A program made the position numbers and the translations under genes. Of a stretch of 64,000 nucleotides of DNA, positions 1 through 11,500 are shown in pieces. This stretch comes from Phyllosticta citribraziliensis. Its lineage: Eukaryota. The stretch is taken from positions 124,001-188,000 of the forward strand of contig NW_027117349.1 in assembly GCF_038025025.1 (NCBI RefSeq), read 5' to 3'. Under the pieces are notes generated by a model that saw nothing but the letters and a program-made list of their open reading frames with translations, was not told the DNA's origin and ran no database searches. Position 1 is the stretch's first letter. The number at the start of each line of letters is the position of its first letter.

Positions 1-266
1 CTGGCGCGAGTGAAGCGGCCCACTCCTGTCACCGCCACTAGCTCTTTGATGCAGAGAGCAAGCGCCGGGTTGGCGGCAATGCCAGACAGAGCTCGAATGC
101 TGTCGGGGTCGAGTACGTCCACCTTGACTTCTCTGAAGAGGTGCCGCGACGTTGTGAGCCCAAATGACTGACTCACCAATCGCATGGACTGCAGCGTTGG
201 GACGTCTGTTTGTCCGAGAATCAAGTCTTTGAGCTCCTCTGGGAGCTGCGGAAAGAGTGAAGACAT
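1..266 (-). CDS. F-box-like domain protein, 5' part (runs off the window start)
   Basis: ATG at 266-264. Manual translation MSSLFPQLPEELKDLILGQTDVPTLQSMRLVSQSF... fits the fungal F-box pattern (LPxEL..IL...L..MRLVS..F). The frame is open to base 1. Confidence 0.6.
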   Translation of the reverse strand, partial: MSSLFPQLPEELKDLILGQTDVPTLQSMRLVSQSFGLTTSRHLFREVKVDVLDPDSIRALSGIAANPALALCIKELVAVTGVGRFTRA

Positions 267-552
267 GTTGTTGTTGCTGCTACGGTCAACTGTTGTCGTC
301 GGCAAGGAAGTGGCGTTGGCGGTAATGGAGAAGGCGCGAGGTAGAAGCGCGCTGCGTTAACTTAGATGCGACGCGTCGCCTCGTGACCGTTTGCGGCCAA
401 GTTTTCCATCTATCTTAGCGATGGACCTGTCATGATTGATGCTGTACAATGAGCGGTGCGACGTTCTCATATGCTGTCTGGACTTTGTGGTTGTTCGCTT
501 TTTATGCATGTGCGCGGCGCGTTTGCCGCTTTTGGTTCCACCACGGAGGTAG

Positions 553-737
553 CACAGTGGGGTTCGAAAGAAATGAGACTCCCTAGGTTTACATGCAGCA
601 GTGAATGCATGCTCCCTAAGCGCGACTGCAGTAGTAGATGATTGCTCTCTAAGTGTAGCTGTAGCAGTGAATGAATGCTCCCTAGATGTGCTCACATTGC
701 TGGGAGGTCTGTCGCATTTCTTTCGGCACCCACGGTG
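553..737. mobile_element. MITE copy 1 (complete; CAC...GTG TIRs, three internal 33-bp units)
   Basis: Left end CACAGTGGGGTTCGAAAGAAATGAGA; right end reverse complement CACCGTGGGTGCCGAAAGAAATGCGA. Internal units start at 595, 628 and 661 (consensus GYAGYAGTRRATGMWTGCTCYCTA). Homologous to four other loci in the window. Confidence 0.8.
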
Positions 738-1496
738 GGATTACGCGCCGCGCATGACTGCCATGCTGGTTGGACGGCTGTCAATTCCTGTCTATCGAGT
801 AACGGGCTCCTACGCTCCTACCCCTGCAGAAATAGTGCCCTGTTCCATTTGGCGACGATGGAGATGGATCATCATGACCATTGGACTCCACTGACGATTC
901 GTGTGGCGCATGCCCAGAACATGAAGCTTCATCGTGCCTGCCTCTGTGGAAGATTGAAGTGGATTCCATTGGCTTAGGAAGGCGACAGGTCTCTCGCGAG
1001 TTGTGTGCAAGGAGAATGAGGGGACGGCCAGTGTCATGACTGGAGAAAAAAGGACACAACAAGTCTCCTGAAACACACGATGCGAAAGAAAAAAGAAGAA
1101 GTCAAGAACACCGACCCGTCTGTTCCCATCTGTTGATTGCTCTTATCTATCAAATGTTCATGTCAAATCCATCGTATTGTCACCTACTGGATGCGGGTTC
1201 GAGTGTTGATCGAAGCGAAGATAGAACATCAGAAAGCAAGGCCGGATTGAAACTTGCGTACCATGTGCACCCAATGGAGTCTTTCTTAACGTGAAGATGA
1301 TTTCGGTGATTGAATGGTGGCCTAATGAATCGTCGAATCATTGACAACTTGAAGTGATTCCCTGGTCGTGAGGAGTGTTGTTGAAGCTCTGAAGGTTGCG
1401 TGTGCTTCGAGCATCGGTTGTGGTGAGTCGAATGAAGGTCGCAGGTCAAAAGTTTAGTATTTATAAATTGAAAAAGTCATAACTCATTCAATAACA

Positions 1497-1594
1497 TCCG
1501 TTATGGTCTAGTGGCTAGGATTTGTCGCTCTCAGTAGAGGCTCTCAAGCTGTACAAGCGCCGACAAGGCCGGGGTTCAATTCCCCGTGACGGAA
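1497..1594 (+). tRNA. tRNA-Glu(CTC) with a 26-nt intron (1534-1559)
   Basis: Acceptor stem TCCGTTA/TGACGGA, D-arm GGTCTAGTGGCTAGGAT, anticodon stem TGTCG/CGACA with CTC at 1530-1532, intron one base 3' of the anticodon, T-arm CGGGGTTCAATTCCCCG, downstream T-runs (Pol III terminator). Confidence 0.95.
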
Positions 1595-1902
1595 TTACCT
1601 TTTGCTTTTGTCTTCCAATATCTTTTTGTGTGGCGAAAGCCATCGTCGAGCTTTTGCGGGGCAGTTTTGGGCCAACCTAGGCGCAAGAGACCGAGTTTTC
1701 GGTCGCATTTAGACGAAAAACACCAGAAACTGACGCCGGACTACGAAATATAAGTATCACAAGCTACTGCATGTGTTTTGGGTCAGTGAGTGGTCCAGGG
1801 GGCTGTGGGTTGGGTTTCAGGGGGCGGTTGTTCCCCTTACCCTGCTCCCCGCCGGTCGTCGCACAGCACCTGGAACGGCACTACGCGCTGCCGTTTTGTC
1901 CT

Positions 1903-2027
1903 CACAGTGGGCGTCGAAAAAATGAGATCTCCCGGCACAGCGAATGTGCTTAGGGAGCATCCATTTACTACCACAGCTGCGGTCAGGGAGCAGTCGTTCA
2001 CTGCTGCATTTTGACCGAGGGAGTCTC
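1903..2027. mobile_element. MITE copy 2 (truncated; internal units inverted relative to copy 1)
   Basis: Starts CACAGTGGGCGTCGAAAAAATGAGA. Contains TAGGGAGCATCCATTTACTAC and CAGGGAGCAGTCGTTCACTGCTGCA (reverse complements of the unit). Ends at AGGGAGTCTC, just where the second TIR should begin. Confidence 0.75.
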
Positions 2028-2879
2028 CCGCGGCGAGGAATTCCTTTCCGCGCCCTAGAATGGTTCTGTGATGAAACAAGGGTTCAGCGCCACAGCTGAC
2101 AGCATCATCACAGGGTCTGCATCATAGTACGCGCCGATATAGCATGGGCATATGGGGCGGGAAGCATGATGCGAAATGAAAAGATGGTAATTGGGCATAG
2201 AATGGGTACAGGTAAGCGGCAGGAGGCTGGACCGGATTGCTTTTCGAATCCGATCCCCGCCGCGTCAAGGGGCAGGTTCTGGTCGGCACCAGTTGGGTTG
2301 GTGGTTAGTTTGGGCTGTGCACGAACCGTGTGGAGGCAAGGCGCAGGAACACAGCGGATTCTGTTTACTTTCTTGGCTCTGTTGCTTTCTTGGCCATGTA
2401 TAAGGCAGGAGCGATGTTGGAGATGGACGAAAGGGGCAAAAAAAGTCGGTCGGGCAAAGTTGCCACGGCTGCGGCTGCGGAGAACGAGGCTGAGGAGAAC
2501 GAGGACTGCGGAGAACGAGGGCTGCGGAGAGAACCACAGGTAAGCTGGCAGTTGGCAGATGGCGTACACGCGTCGCTACCTCACGGTGAAGGCAATGAGG
2601 CTCGATCTCGTCCAGCCTCTTGTTCGGCGGAACGCCACGGGGAATTTCCGAACGAAGCCCAAGAGTCCGGCATGTTCGGCACCTTCGGTGGAGCCAAGCG
2701 TTGGCCGGATGTTGCTTTTGGGGCCGCAGGCGAAGAGGTTTGCGGCAACAGACGTTTTGGAGGCAGTGCTCTGTGGCTCTCTGACCAGGCTGATGTGATC
2801 ATCTTGTCCCTGCCGAACATCTCAGACGATCAGAAAGTGGAAGAAGAGGCACGGGGAGTGTGCTGAGGGCGCGCCGCGG

Positions 2880-2884
2880 CCAAT
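2880..2884 (+). promoter_or_regulatory. CCAAT box upstream of HEM1
   Basis: GGCCAATCAG lies about 240 bp upstream of the HEM1 ATG in GC-rich promoter context. Fungal heme-pathway genes are known targets of the CCAAT-binding complex. Short motif, could be chance. Confidence 0.35.
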
Positions 2885-3121
2885 CAGGGCCGCGCCAACT
2901 CGGTTATGCTGACAAGGTCGGCTCCGCTCCGCTTCGCTTTCCAGCCCCAGCGAATGAGAAAAGCCATTAGGGCCCCCGGCTATGCCTCTTTGACCTCCAC
3001 CACCTCTTCTTCCTCTTCTCCCCTCTCCAGTCTGCCACCATTGCGACTTCGCTCAACCCTCACAATTCTACTGCGTCCGCCCTCGTTCTCCCCCGACCTG
3101 ATTGCCCCATCATCGCCCACC

Positions 3122-5039
3122 ATGGAGGCGTTCATCCGCCAGTCGCGCAACATGTGCCCGTTCCTGCACAAGACGTCGCCCGCCACTCTGCGCTCCATGT
3201 CCACCACGACCGCCGCCCACAGTGCCTCGCCCGGCGGCGGCAGCATGTCCAACCTGCAAGTCATTGCTCGCCGCTGCCCCGTCATGGGCAAGGCGCTCGC
3301 TGTCCAAGGCGCCCGTGCCAACACTGCTCTTGCTGGCGTCTACGGAGGCACCAGAGCCTACCACTCCAAGGCCGGCCGGGCCCGTCTGCACACTTCGGCC
3401 GACAAAAAGGCTCAGGCCGTCGACGTCAACATCCGCCGCGACCAAGGTAGGAGAAATTTCACCGACGACATTTTCTGAAACCGTGGCTGACTGGCATGAC
3501 CTGGTAGTCCCGTACCCGAAGACTGCGAAGCCGGCCGCTAATGCGAATGCTGTTCCCAAGCACTTGCACGGAAAGCCTCCTTCTCCGCGGGCAGCCAAGT
3601 TCGACTACGATGGCTGGTACAACAATGAACTCGACAAGAAGCACAAGGACAAGTCGTACCGCTACTTCAACAACATCAACCGCCTGGCCAAGGAGTTTCC
3701 CAGGGCGCACATGGGTACCGAAGGGGACAAAGTCACAGTCTGGTGCTCAAATGATTACCTCGGCATGGGACGCAACCCGCAGGTCATCAAGAGGATGCAC
3801 GAAACCTTGGACACGTACGGCGCTGGTGCCGGAGGAACGAGGAACATTTCTGGCCACAACAAGCATGCGGTCGAGCTAGAGAAGACCGTCGCGAAGCTTC
3901 ACGCCAAGGAGGCGGCTTTGGTGTTTTCGTCCTGCTATGTGGCCAATGACGCAACTCTGGCCACCCTAGGAAGCAAACTGCCTGATTGTGTGATTCTCTC
4001 GGACAGCCTCAACCACGCCTCGATGATCCAGGGAATCAGGCACTCAGGCGCAAAGAAAATGGTTTTCAAGCACAATGATCTCGCGGATCTAGAGGCAAAG
4101 CTTGCCTCCCTCCCCCCAGAGACGCCCAAGATCATTGCTTTTGAGAGCGTGTATAGCATGTGCGGATCCATTGGTCCGATTGAGGAGATTTGCGACTTGG
4201 CTGAAAAGTACGGCGCCATCACCTTTCTCGACGAAGTGCATGCCGTCGGCATGTACGGGCCGACGGGCGCCGGTGTCGCTGAACACCTGGATTACGAGGC
4301 CCATGCTCAAGGGAAACCTCAGGGGACCATCATGGACCGCATCGACATCATAACTGGAACTCTGGGCAAAGCTTACGGATGTGTTGGTGGATACATCGCC
4401 GGCAAGGCCAACCTCGTGGACGCCATCCGCTCTCTTGCTCCCGGATTCATCTTTACCACCTCCCTTCCCCCGTCGACCATGGCGGGTGCCCAGACCGCCA
4501 TTGAATATCAGATGGTTTACCAGGGAGACCGCCGTCTGCAGCAACTCCACACGCGTGCAACCAAGCACGCTCTTGAGGACAAGAACATCCCAGTCATTCC
4601 CAACCCGAGCCACATCATTCCAGTCCTTGTAGGCAACGCAGAGACTGCGAAGAAGGCCAGTGACATTTTGCTTGAGGAGTGGGACATTTACGTTCAAGCA
4701 ATCAACTATCCCACCGTGCCTGTAGGCCAGGAGCGTCTCCGGATTACGCCGACGCCTGGTCACGTCAAGGAGTACCGCGACCACCTTGTCACGGCAATCG
4801 ATGCCGTGTGGACCCAGCTCGGCATCAAGCGAACCAGCGATTGGGCAGCCGAGGGTGGGTTCCTCGGTGTTGGCGAGCAAGGCAAATCTGCTGAGCAGCC
4901 GCTCTGGACCGACAAGCAGCTTGGTATTGAGCACGTAGCCAAGGAGCTCGAGGCTGGCCAAGGCGCCGCTGGTGTCTTGGAGTCTGTTCTCGAGAAGGAG
5001 AGGGCTCAGACTGCTGGTGCGGTGGCCGCTGCGGCTTAG
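3122..5039 (+). CDS. HEM1: 5-aminolevulinate synthase, mitochondrial
   Basis: Exon 1 3122-3446 (presequence with CP heme-regulatory motifs MCPF and RCPV), intron 3447-3507 (GTAGGA...CTGAC...TAG), exon 2 to 5039. Motifs [38 protein letters not shown] and PLP-lysine motif GTLGKAYG. Confidence 0.97.
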
Positions 5040-5589
5040 AGTGTGTAATGTTTGTCTTGACCAGGCTCGGCCGCTCTCTACCATTGGGGCCTGGATGTGT
5101 TGGAATTGATTTGAATAGTGAACAAATATACTACGAGTTGAGCACCACATGCTCCTCGACTTGACATTTCCATAATTGAACTTTCTGTGACCCTACATAC
5201 ATTATGAAGAGTGCGGAGGGGTACCTAGGTGGTGACGTGAGCCCACAAGCAAGCGGTAGTCCGTGCATAGCTTGGCGGCGAAACGTCGCGCGCTGTCTTT
5301 CACTGCTGAGGTGCTGTCGCGGTCACGTCCTCGACCGAACAGCTCCATCACCCACCGCACTCCAATCTCTTAGCCCGCCTTTCTTCCTCACGCTCCCTCT
5401 TGACCTTCTCTTGACAATCGAGCTCGATTGCATCTCGTATCTGGCAATCGCATACTACGAACGAACTTCCCAGAAACCGACAAGGCCCTGCTTGCGATCT
5501 GCTTTGAAATACATCGTCTTCTTTGATGCGCACCACGATAGCAGCCCCGGTCAAGCCTTGAGGCTTTTTCGCTCACACACCAGGTTGCC

Positions 5590-8500
5590 ATGGCGCCTCC
5601 TGCGAAGCGCAAGCGGCCCGAGAGGAACAATACGCAGGATGGCGACTTCAACGGCAGGCCTTCGCCTCACCGGCCGCACAACATGAACCTGGCCCAGCAA
5701 AATCAGTACAACAACAGCCCGGCTGGCGGTGGGCGCAGTGAGCGCGGTGCTATGAGGGGTGGCAGGAGGGAGAGCCGTGGAGGAGCTGGCACTGGTGGTG
5801 GACGCCGTGGTGAGCGAGACGCTGCGGTGGACAGCCCGTCCAACACTCCTACTGTCGGGTCTTCTGAATCTAATGCTCAATCTTCAGCCCCGGCGTCGCA
5901 TGCAAGTCTGCAAAGGAGCGAGAATGCCCCCGCCAGTCCCACAGTCAGCAGACCACACCAACAGGCTCAAAGTGGTCCGCAGAGCCGTCCAGCGACCCCG
6001 GCTGAAAAGACCACCACGGATAGGCCTAGCGCGCCCACTGTGTCCTCTGCAGCCAAACCTCCCATCAAGTTCACCTATCAGTATCTCACAGACGACCACA
6101 AGAATGCATGGAAAACGTCGGGAAAAAAGGCAGTCCTGGATGCGGCGATCCAGGCTCAAGAAGGCGGAGATATCCTGGCGTTGAGTGTGATTTTTCAAGA
6201 GCTTGTAGAGGCAGGGATTGGTGGCCGGATAGATTCCATGGAAGCTGGCCAGGTTGTCAGAGATCTTCTTGCACATGCCGGCGACCAGGCGCATGATACT
6301 GCATCGTTTTTCTTGGACAGTTTGTCTGTCCTGGCAGAGGTCGACGCGGAATCGCCAGCACTCAAGTCAATCATTGCTACGGCGGAGATTCCTCCTACCA
6401 TGGTTCGGGAGGAGCTGGATGTTCCCCTGCTTACGACTCTAGGAATTGTTCGCAACACGTTCTTCAAGATGGGCACACGGCATGCGACCAACCAGCTTTA
6501 CCGCCAATCCAATTACAACCTGCTGCGCGAGGAGTCCGAAGGCTATTCGAAGCTCATGACAGAATACTTCACGACCACGAATAGCGAACCGCCTTCTGGC
6601 GAGACGGCGGCTGATACCTTTCAGCGCGTCAAGGCCTTGATAGGTGCATTCGACCTGGACGTTGGCCGTGTGCTGGACGTCACGCTGGACGTCTTTGCAA
6701 ATCTGCTCGTGAAGCACTATCGATTCTTCATCAAGTTCCTCCGCGTCAGTTCTTGGTGGCCTGAAGAAAAGGGGCTCAAGGGCTTGGAATGGACGACGAT
6801 GGGCCTGGAGTCTCTACCGCGATGGGCTTTGCCAGATTGCTCTGGCTGGACGCTTTCTGAACAGGACAAGGAAGAGTTAGCTCAGGCCAGAGAAGAGAGG
6901 GACCAGGCATTTTGGAGCCGATTGAAAGAGGTAGGATTTGAGGCCTTCTTTGAGCTCGGAGCTCGTCGCATTACTTCGGGCGAGGTCATTCTGGAAGACT
7001 CTGAGGCCGAAAAGAATGCCAACGGCGAAGCAAAGCAGCGAAAGCCAGAGGACATAACCGAAGCAGAGTTCAACAGGGAGTGGATCGCTCACACCAAGAC
7101 TCTTCCCCCAGCTGGCAATCGAGTAGCTGCACAGCTGCTCGGATTCAAGCTGCGCTTTTACGCCTCGTCAGCTCGCGACCCTCACGACGTTCTACCCGAC
7201 AACCTCATTTTTCTTGCTGCGCTTCTCATCAAAGTCGGCTTCATATCGTTACGAGATCTCTACCCGCATCTCTATCCTCTGGACAAGGACATGCCACAAG
7301 TCAGGGCCACCCTGCTCAAGGAGAAGGAAGAACGCGAAAAGAAAGCCCGTGGTGGTGGCACACTCAATGCTTTGGCTATGGCGGGTGCGTTGGCGGATGA
7401 CACCGCACCACTTCCATTGGGAGCCTCACGGTTACGAGAGATGGAGACCAGCCGTTCGACTTCTGCAAAGCCGGAGGAGAAGGCTGGCACGCCGAAGCCT
7501 GAAGAGGAAGAAAAAGAGAAACTCCCGGAGCCTGCAGACCAAAAGATTGCCCTTCTCAAGTCACTGCTCTGCATTGGAGCCATTCCAGAGTCCCTGTACA
7601 TTCTTGGAAAATTCCCCTGGTTGCCAGACGTCCACCCTGAACTCCCAGAGTACCTCCACCGCATCCTGAACCACAGCATCAGCAAGGTATACGACTCTCT
7701 TCGCCCCCTTTCCGACCGCGAAGGCATCAGGCCATCGAAAAGGCCTATTTCATCTGAGCCTGGGGCTGCCAAAGGCGACCTTCGTTTTGCCGAATCGCAG
7801 CCTCGCAAAGTCCTCCGATGGGCCCAACTCGATAGAAATGGCTCCAACGACAACGAGATCGACTACCGCTTTTACTGGGACGACTGGGCAGACAATGTAC
7901 CAGTCTGTCAAAATGTTGACGACATGTTCGCGCTCTGTGGCTCACTTCTTAACCTCACCGGAGTCAAGATTGGACAAGATCCTGCCCTTTTGACCAAACT
8001 GGCTCGCATTGGCAAGTGGAGCTTGTCTGACGACAAGTCAGAAGAGAACTTCAAGCGTTGGGCTGATCTCTCCAAGAGACTTCTGGTCCCGGCGCTTAGC
8101 TTGACCAAGTCGAACCCGGGTGTCGTCAATGAGATATGGGACCTGCTAAAGCTCTATCCTACTGCCACAAGATACAACATCTATGCCGAGTGGTACACTG
8201 GCCAGACATCGAGAACGGAGGACATTAAGAGCGCTTTTGCGCAATCACAAGCAGAGACCAAAGATGTTCTCAAGCGCATCAGCAAGACCAATACGAAACA
8301 GCAAGCTCGCGCTCTTGCAAAAGTCGCCTACTCTTCGCCGGGAATTGTTTTCAGGGTTGCTCTGAACCAAATTGAGTCATATGACAATCTGGTCGAGGTC
8401 ATTGTGGAGTGTGCCCGCTACTTCACATACCTCGGGTATGATGTTTTGACGTGGTCTCTGATGAACTCCTTGGGCGGCAAGGGACGTGACCGAGTCCAGG

Positions 8501-11500
8501 CCGATGGCATGCTCACCAGTCGTTGGCTGCAAGCTCTATCTCTCTTTGCCGGCCGCGTTTTCAAGCGCTACTCCATCATGAATCCGACACCGATCCTCCA
8601 GTACGTGACTTCCCAGCTCCGCGCCGGCAACTCTACAGACCTCGAAGTTTTGGAGCAGATACTTTCACAGATGGCTGGAATCCCTGCCGACGCCGTCTTC
8701 AACGAAAACCAAACCCTGGCCATGGCCGGAGGAGAGGTGTTGCAGGCTCAGACTCTCGAGCAAATTCACGACCAAAGACATCAACACAAGAATTTTGCCA
8801 AGAGGCTTCTCAAGGCCCTTGTCGAGCCCGGCTTGGCTGGTCAACTTCTCGTTGCCATTGCGCAAGAGCGCCAGCTGTATCCCCATCGCGAATCCGTCTC
8901 TGATGCCCCGCTCAAGGTCCTCGGTACGAATTTGGACAAGTTCCACCAGGTCTTCACTCAATATCTCGATGTGCTCCGAACAAACATGACTCCAAAAGAG
9001 TTCGACGCTGCGATCCCGGACATTGTTTCTCTAATGGCCGAGTTTGGCATCGAACCGCAGACAGCTTTTGCAGTCGGCAGGCCGAGTCTGTCACAAGCAA
9101 TATCCGAGGCTGATGCTGCCATCGCAGCAGAGAAAGCCAAGGAGGAGCAAGAGAGGAGAGAAAGCGTGGGCACAGAGAAGGCCGCTACTAACGGTGACGT
9201 TGAGATGGGCGAAGCGTCCGACGACAAGGAGGCGGGAGAGACGAACGACGACATGCAGGAGGAGCCGAAAGAGGAAATCGTCAAGAAGGAGCCGATCGGT
9301 ACCCCTACAGCCGCACCTACAGCGACAATCCCCGAAGAGCCTTGGCATCCAGTCCTCAAGGAACTGATGGACCACATGAAGCTTACTCTACCAGAGGATT
9401 TCGACCAGAAAATGAGTCTCGCGTTCTACACAAGCTTTTGGCAGCTGTCACTCAACGACATGCACGTCCCGACACAGAGCTACGAGCTGGAAATCAAGAG
9501 GCAACAGGAGAAAATCTCGTCCATCATCGCTGACCGCAGTGACGTGTCTGTTGCTGGAATCAAGAAGAGAGATGACAAGAAGAAGGCCATTATGGACCTC
9601 CAAGATCGTCTCCGATCTGAGATGAAGAACCAGATTTCGACCTACCAAACTTGCCGAGGACGACTGTCCAAGGAGAAGAACCACTGGTTTGCCACCCATC
9701 CCCTGGCCTTTGGGGCACAACTCCACGACAACATCATTCAAGAATGCTTCCTGCCTCGTCTGGTGCTGTCCCCATTTGACGCCCAATACACGTTTAAGAT
9801 GCTGTTCTTCTTGCATTCCACTGGCACTCCAGGTTTCAAAACAATGTACCTGATTGACAGGCTGATGCGAGAGAAGCTGCTAAGCAACTTGATATTCATG
9901 TCCACAGCTTGGGAGGTGGAGAATCTTGGTCGATTCCTCAACGAACTGCTCAAGGAGTTGCGCCGCTGGCATGCCAGCCAGGAGGTTTATGAGAAGCACG
10001 CATTTGGTGCCAAAAGAGATCTGCCTGGATTCGCCAGGAAGTTGACTCAAGACAAGACGCCAGAGGTCTTTCTCACCTACGAAGAATATCGCCGTCTCAT
10101 GTACAAGTGGCACATGAACTTGAACAATGCCCTCAAGGCTTGTTTCACGGGTGGCGAGTACATGCACATCCGAAACGCCATCATCATTCTCAAAGCTGTC
10201 CATCAGAATTTCCCCGTCATCAACTTCCAGGGCAAGACTCAACTGGAATGTGTCATTACGCTCTCTAAAACGGAGACGAGAGAGGACCTCAAGCTTGCGG
10301 CAACATCACTAATAGGCGATCTCAAGAAGAGGGAGTCTTCGTGGCTTTTACCGCAAGCCTTTAGGCTGGTGGGTCCATTGTACTGTCCGAAAATGGACAC
10401 GTATATCGACATGAAGCAACAATTATCTGACCGACTCAAACAGAATGACCACACCCCGGGCCAAAAACCGACGAGCCGCCAGGGAACCGAGGGCCCCGCT
10501 ACGCCAAAGACCGAGCACAGCCAAGTCAGTAGTACCAAGCTGGATGGTTCTGCTCCCGAATTCAAGCCCGGCGAAGCAACGTGAGTGATCTCGACCGTAA
10601 TTTCTGACAGCGGCAAATGATTGACGGTTACGACAGAAATGGCACGATTCCAAACGGAACGGCAAATGGCAAGGCCGATGCAGACGACGGTATGAACAAA
10701 CAAAACAATCAGCAAATTCCCGGACCAGCAAAAGTAACGACATCAATTACAGGCGACCAGGAAGGCAGGAAACCCGACGACACGAAGAGCAATCAATCGG
10801 ACAAAGACAAATCCAGCGAATCGAGACCTCCGACGCCTGCAAATGGGCAGTTGCCGCACAGGAGTGATTCGAAACCGCCGACGCCTGTGCATTCTGCCTC
10901 TGGTAGTTCAATGCCGCGCCCTGATATAAACAGAACTGCTTCTCAGCCCACTCTGAGGCAACCTCACGCGCTTCCGAACCGGCCAGACACTCAGATTTCC
11001 CGGGGGCGCGTCGTGTCAGATCGTCCAACAGATCCGCACCCAAGACGTGGGGATGGTCGTGGTCCACCGCCGAGTGACTATGGACGTCTTGAACGCCCTG
11101 GGGACGTCACGCGCGACTTTCCTGACCGTAGCAGAGATCAATCGACCGGCCATCGTCGTGCCAGCAGAAGTCCTGCGCCCGCGCACATAGACCGTGATCG
11201 CCGTGGCGAGCCACAGTGGCAATCAGGCCGAGAAGCATGGGAACACCCCGAGGACAGAAGCAGAGCCCCCCCAAGAGATGCAAGACAGAGCGTGAGGGCT
11301 CCACCGCAATGGACCGAACCGCCTTCTCGCCGCCCGCCTTTCGACACGAGCGAGAACCAGCGCGGACGCCCTCCGTTTGACCAACAAGGCCAGCCAGGCG
11401 ATGGATGGAACAGACATCCAGGCACCATGCCTCCCCCATCAAGTTCTGGTCCTTACCCCCACCCAGACCGTGCTGGCAGGCTAGGTGAACGTGCTCACGC

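Noticed and set aside
595..690. 33-bp periodic array as a CRISPR-like locus, or as the coding repeat in ORFs 357..695 and 601..894
   Set aside because: The variable part is only about 9 bp, units are degenerate, no cas genes are present and the host is eukaryotic. The peptide periodicity is a by-product of a 33-bp unit inside a TIR element.
2108..2866. Overlapping ORFs upstream of HEM1 (e.g. 2330..2866 +, 2581..2820 -)
   Set aside because: No recognisable motif in any frame; low-complexity GC-rich sequence. A small spliced gene cannot be excluded but is unsupported.
4089..5150. 353-aa antisense ORF over HEM1, and many similar antisense ORFs over THO2, NAP1, SER3 and CCL1
   Set aside because: Shadow ORFs expected from GC3-rich codon usage on the coding strand.
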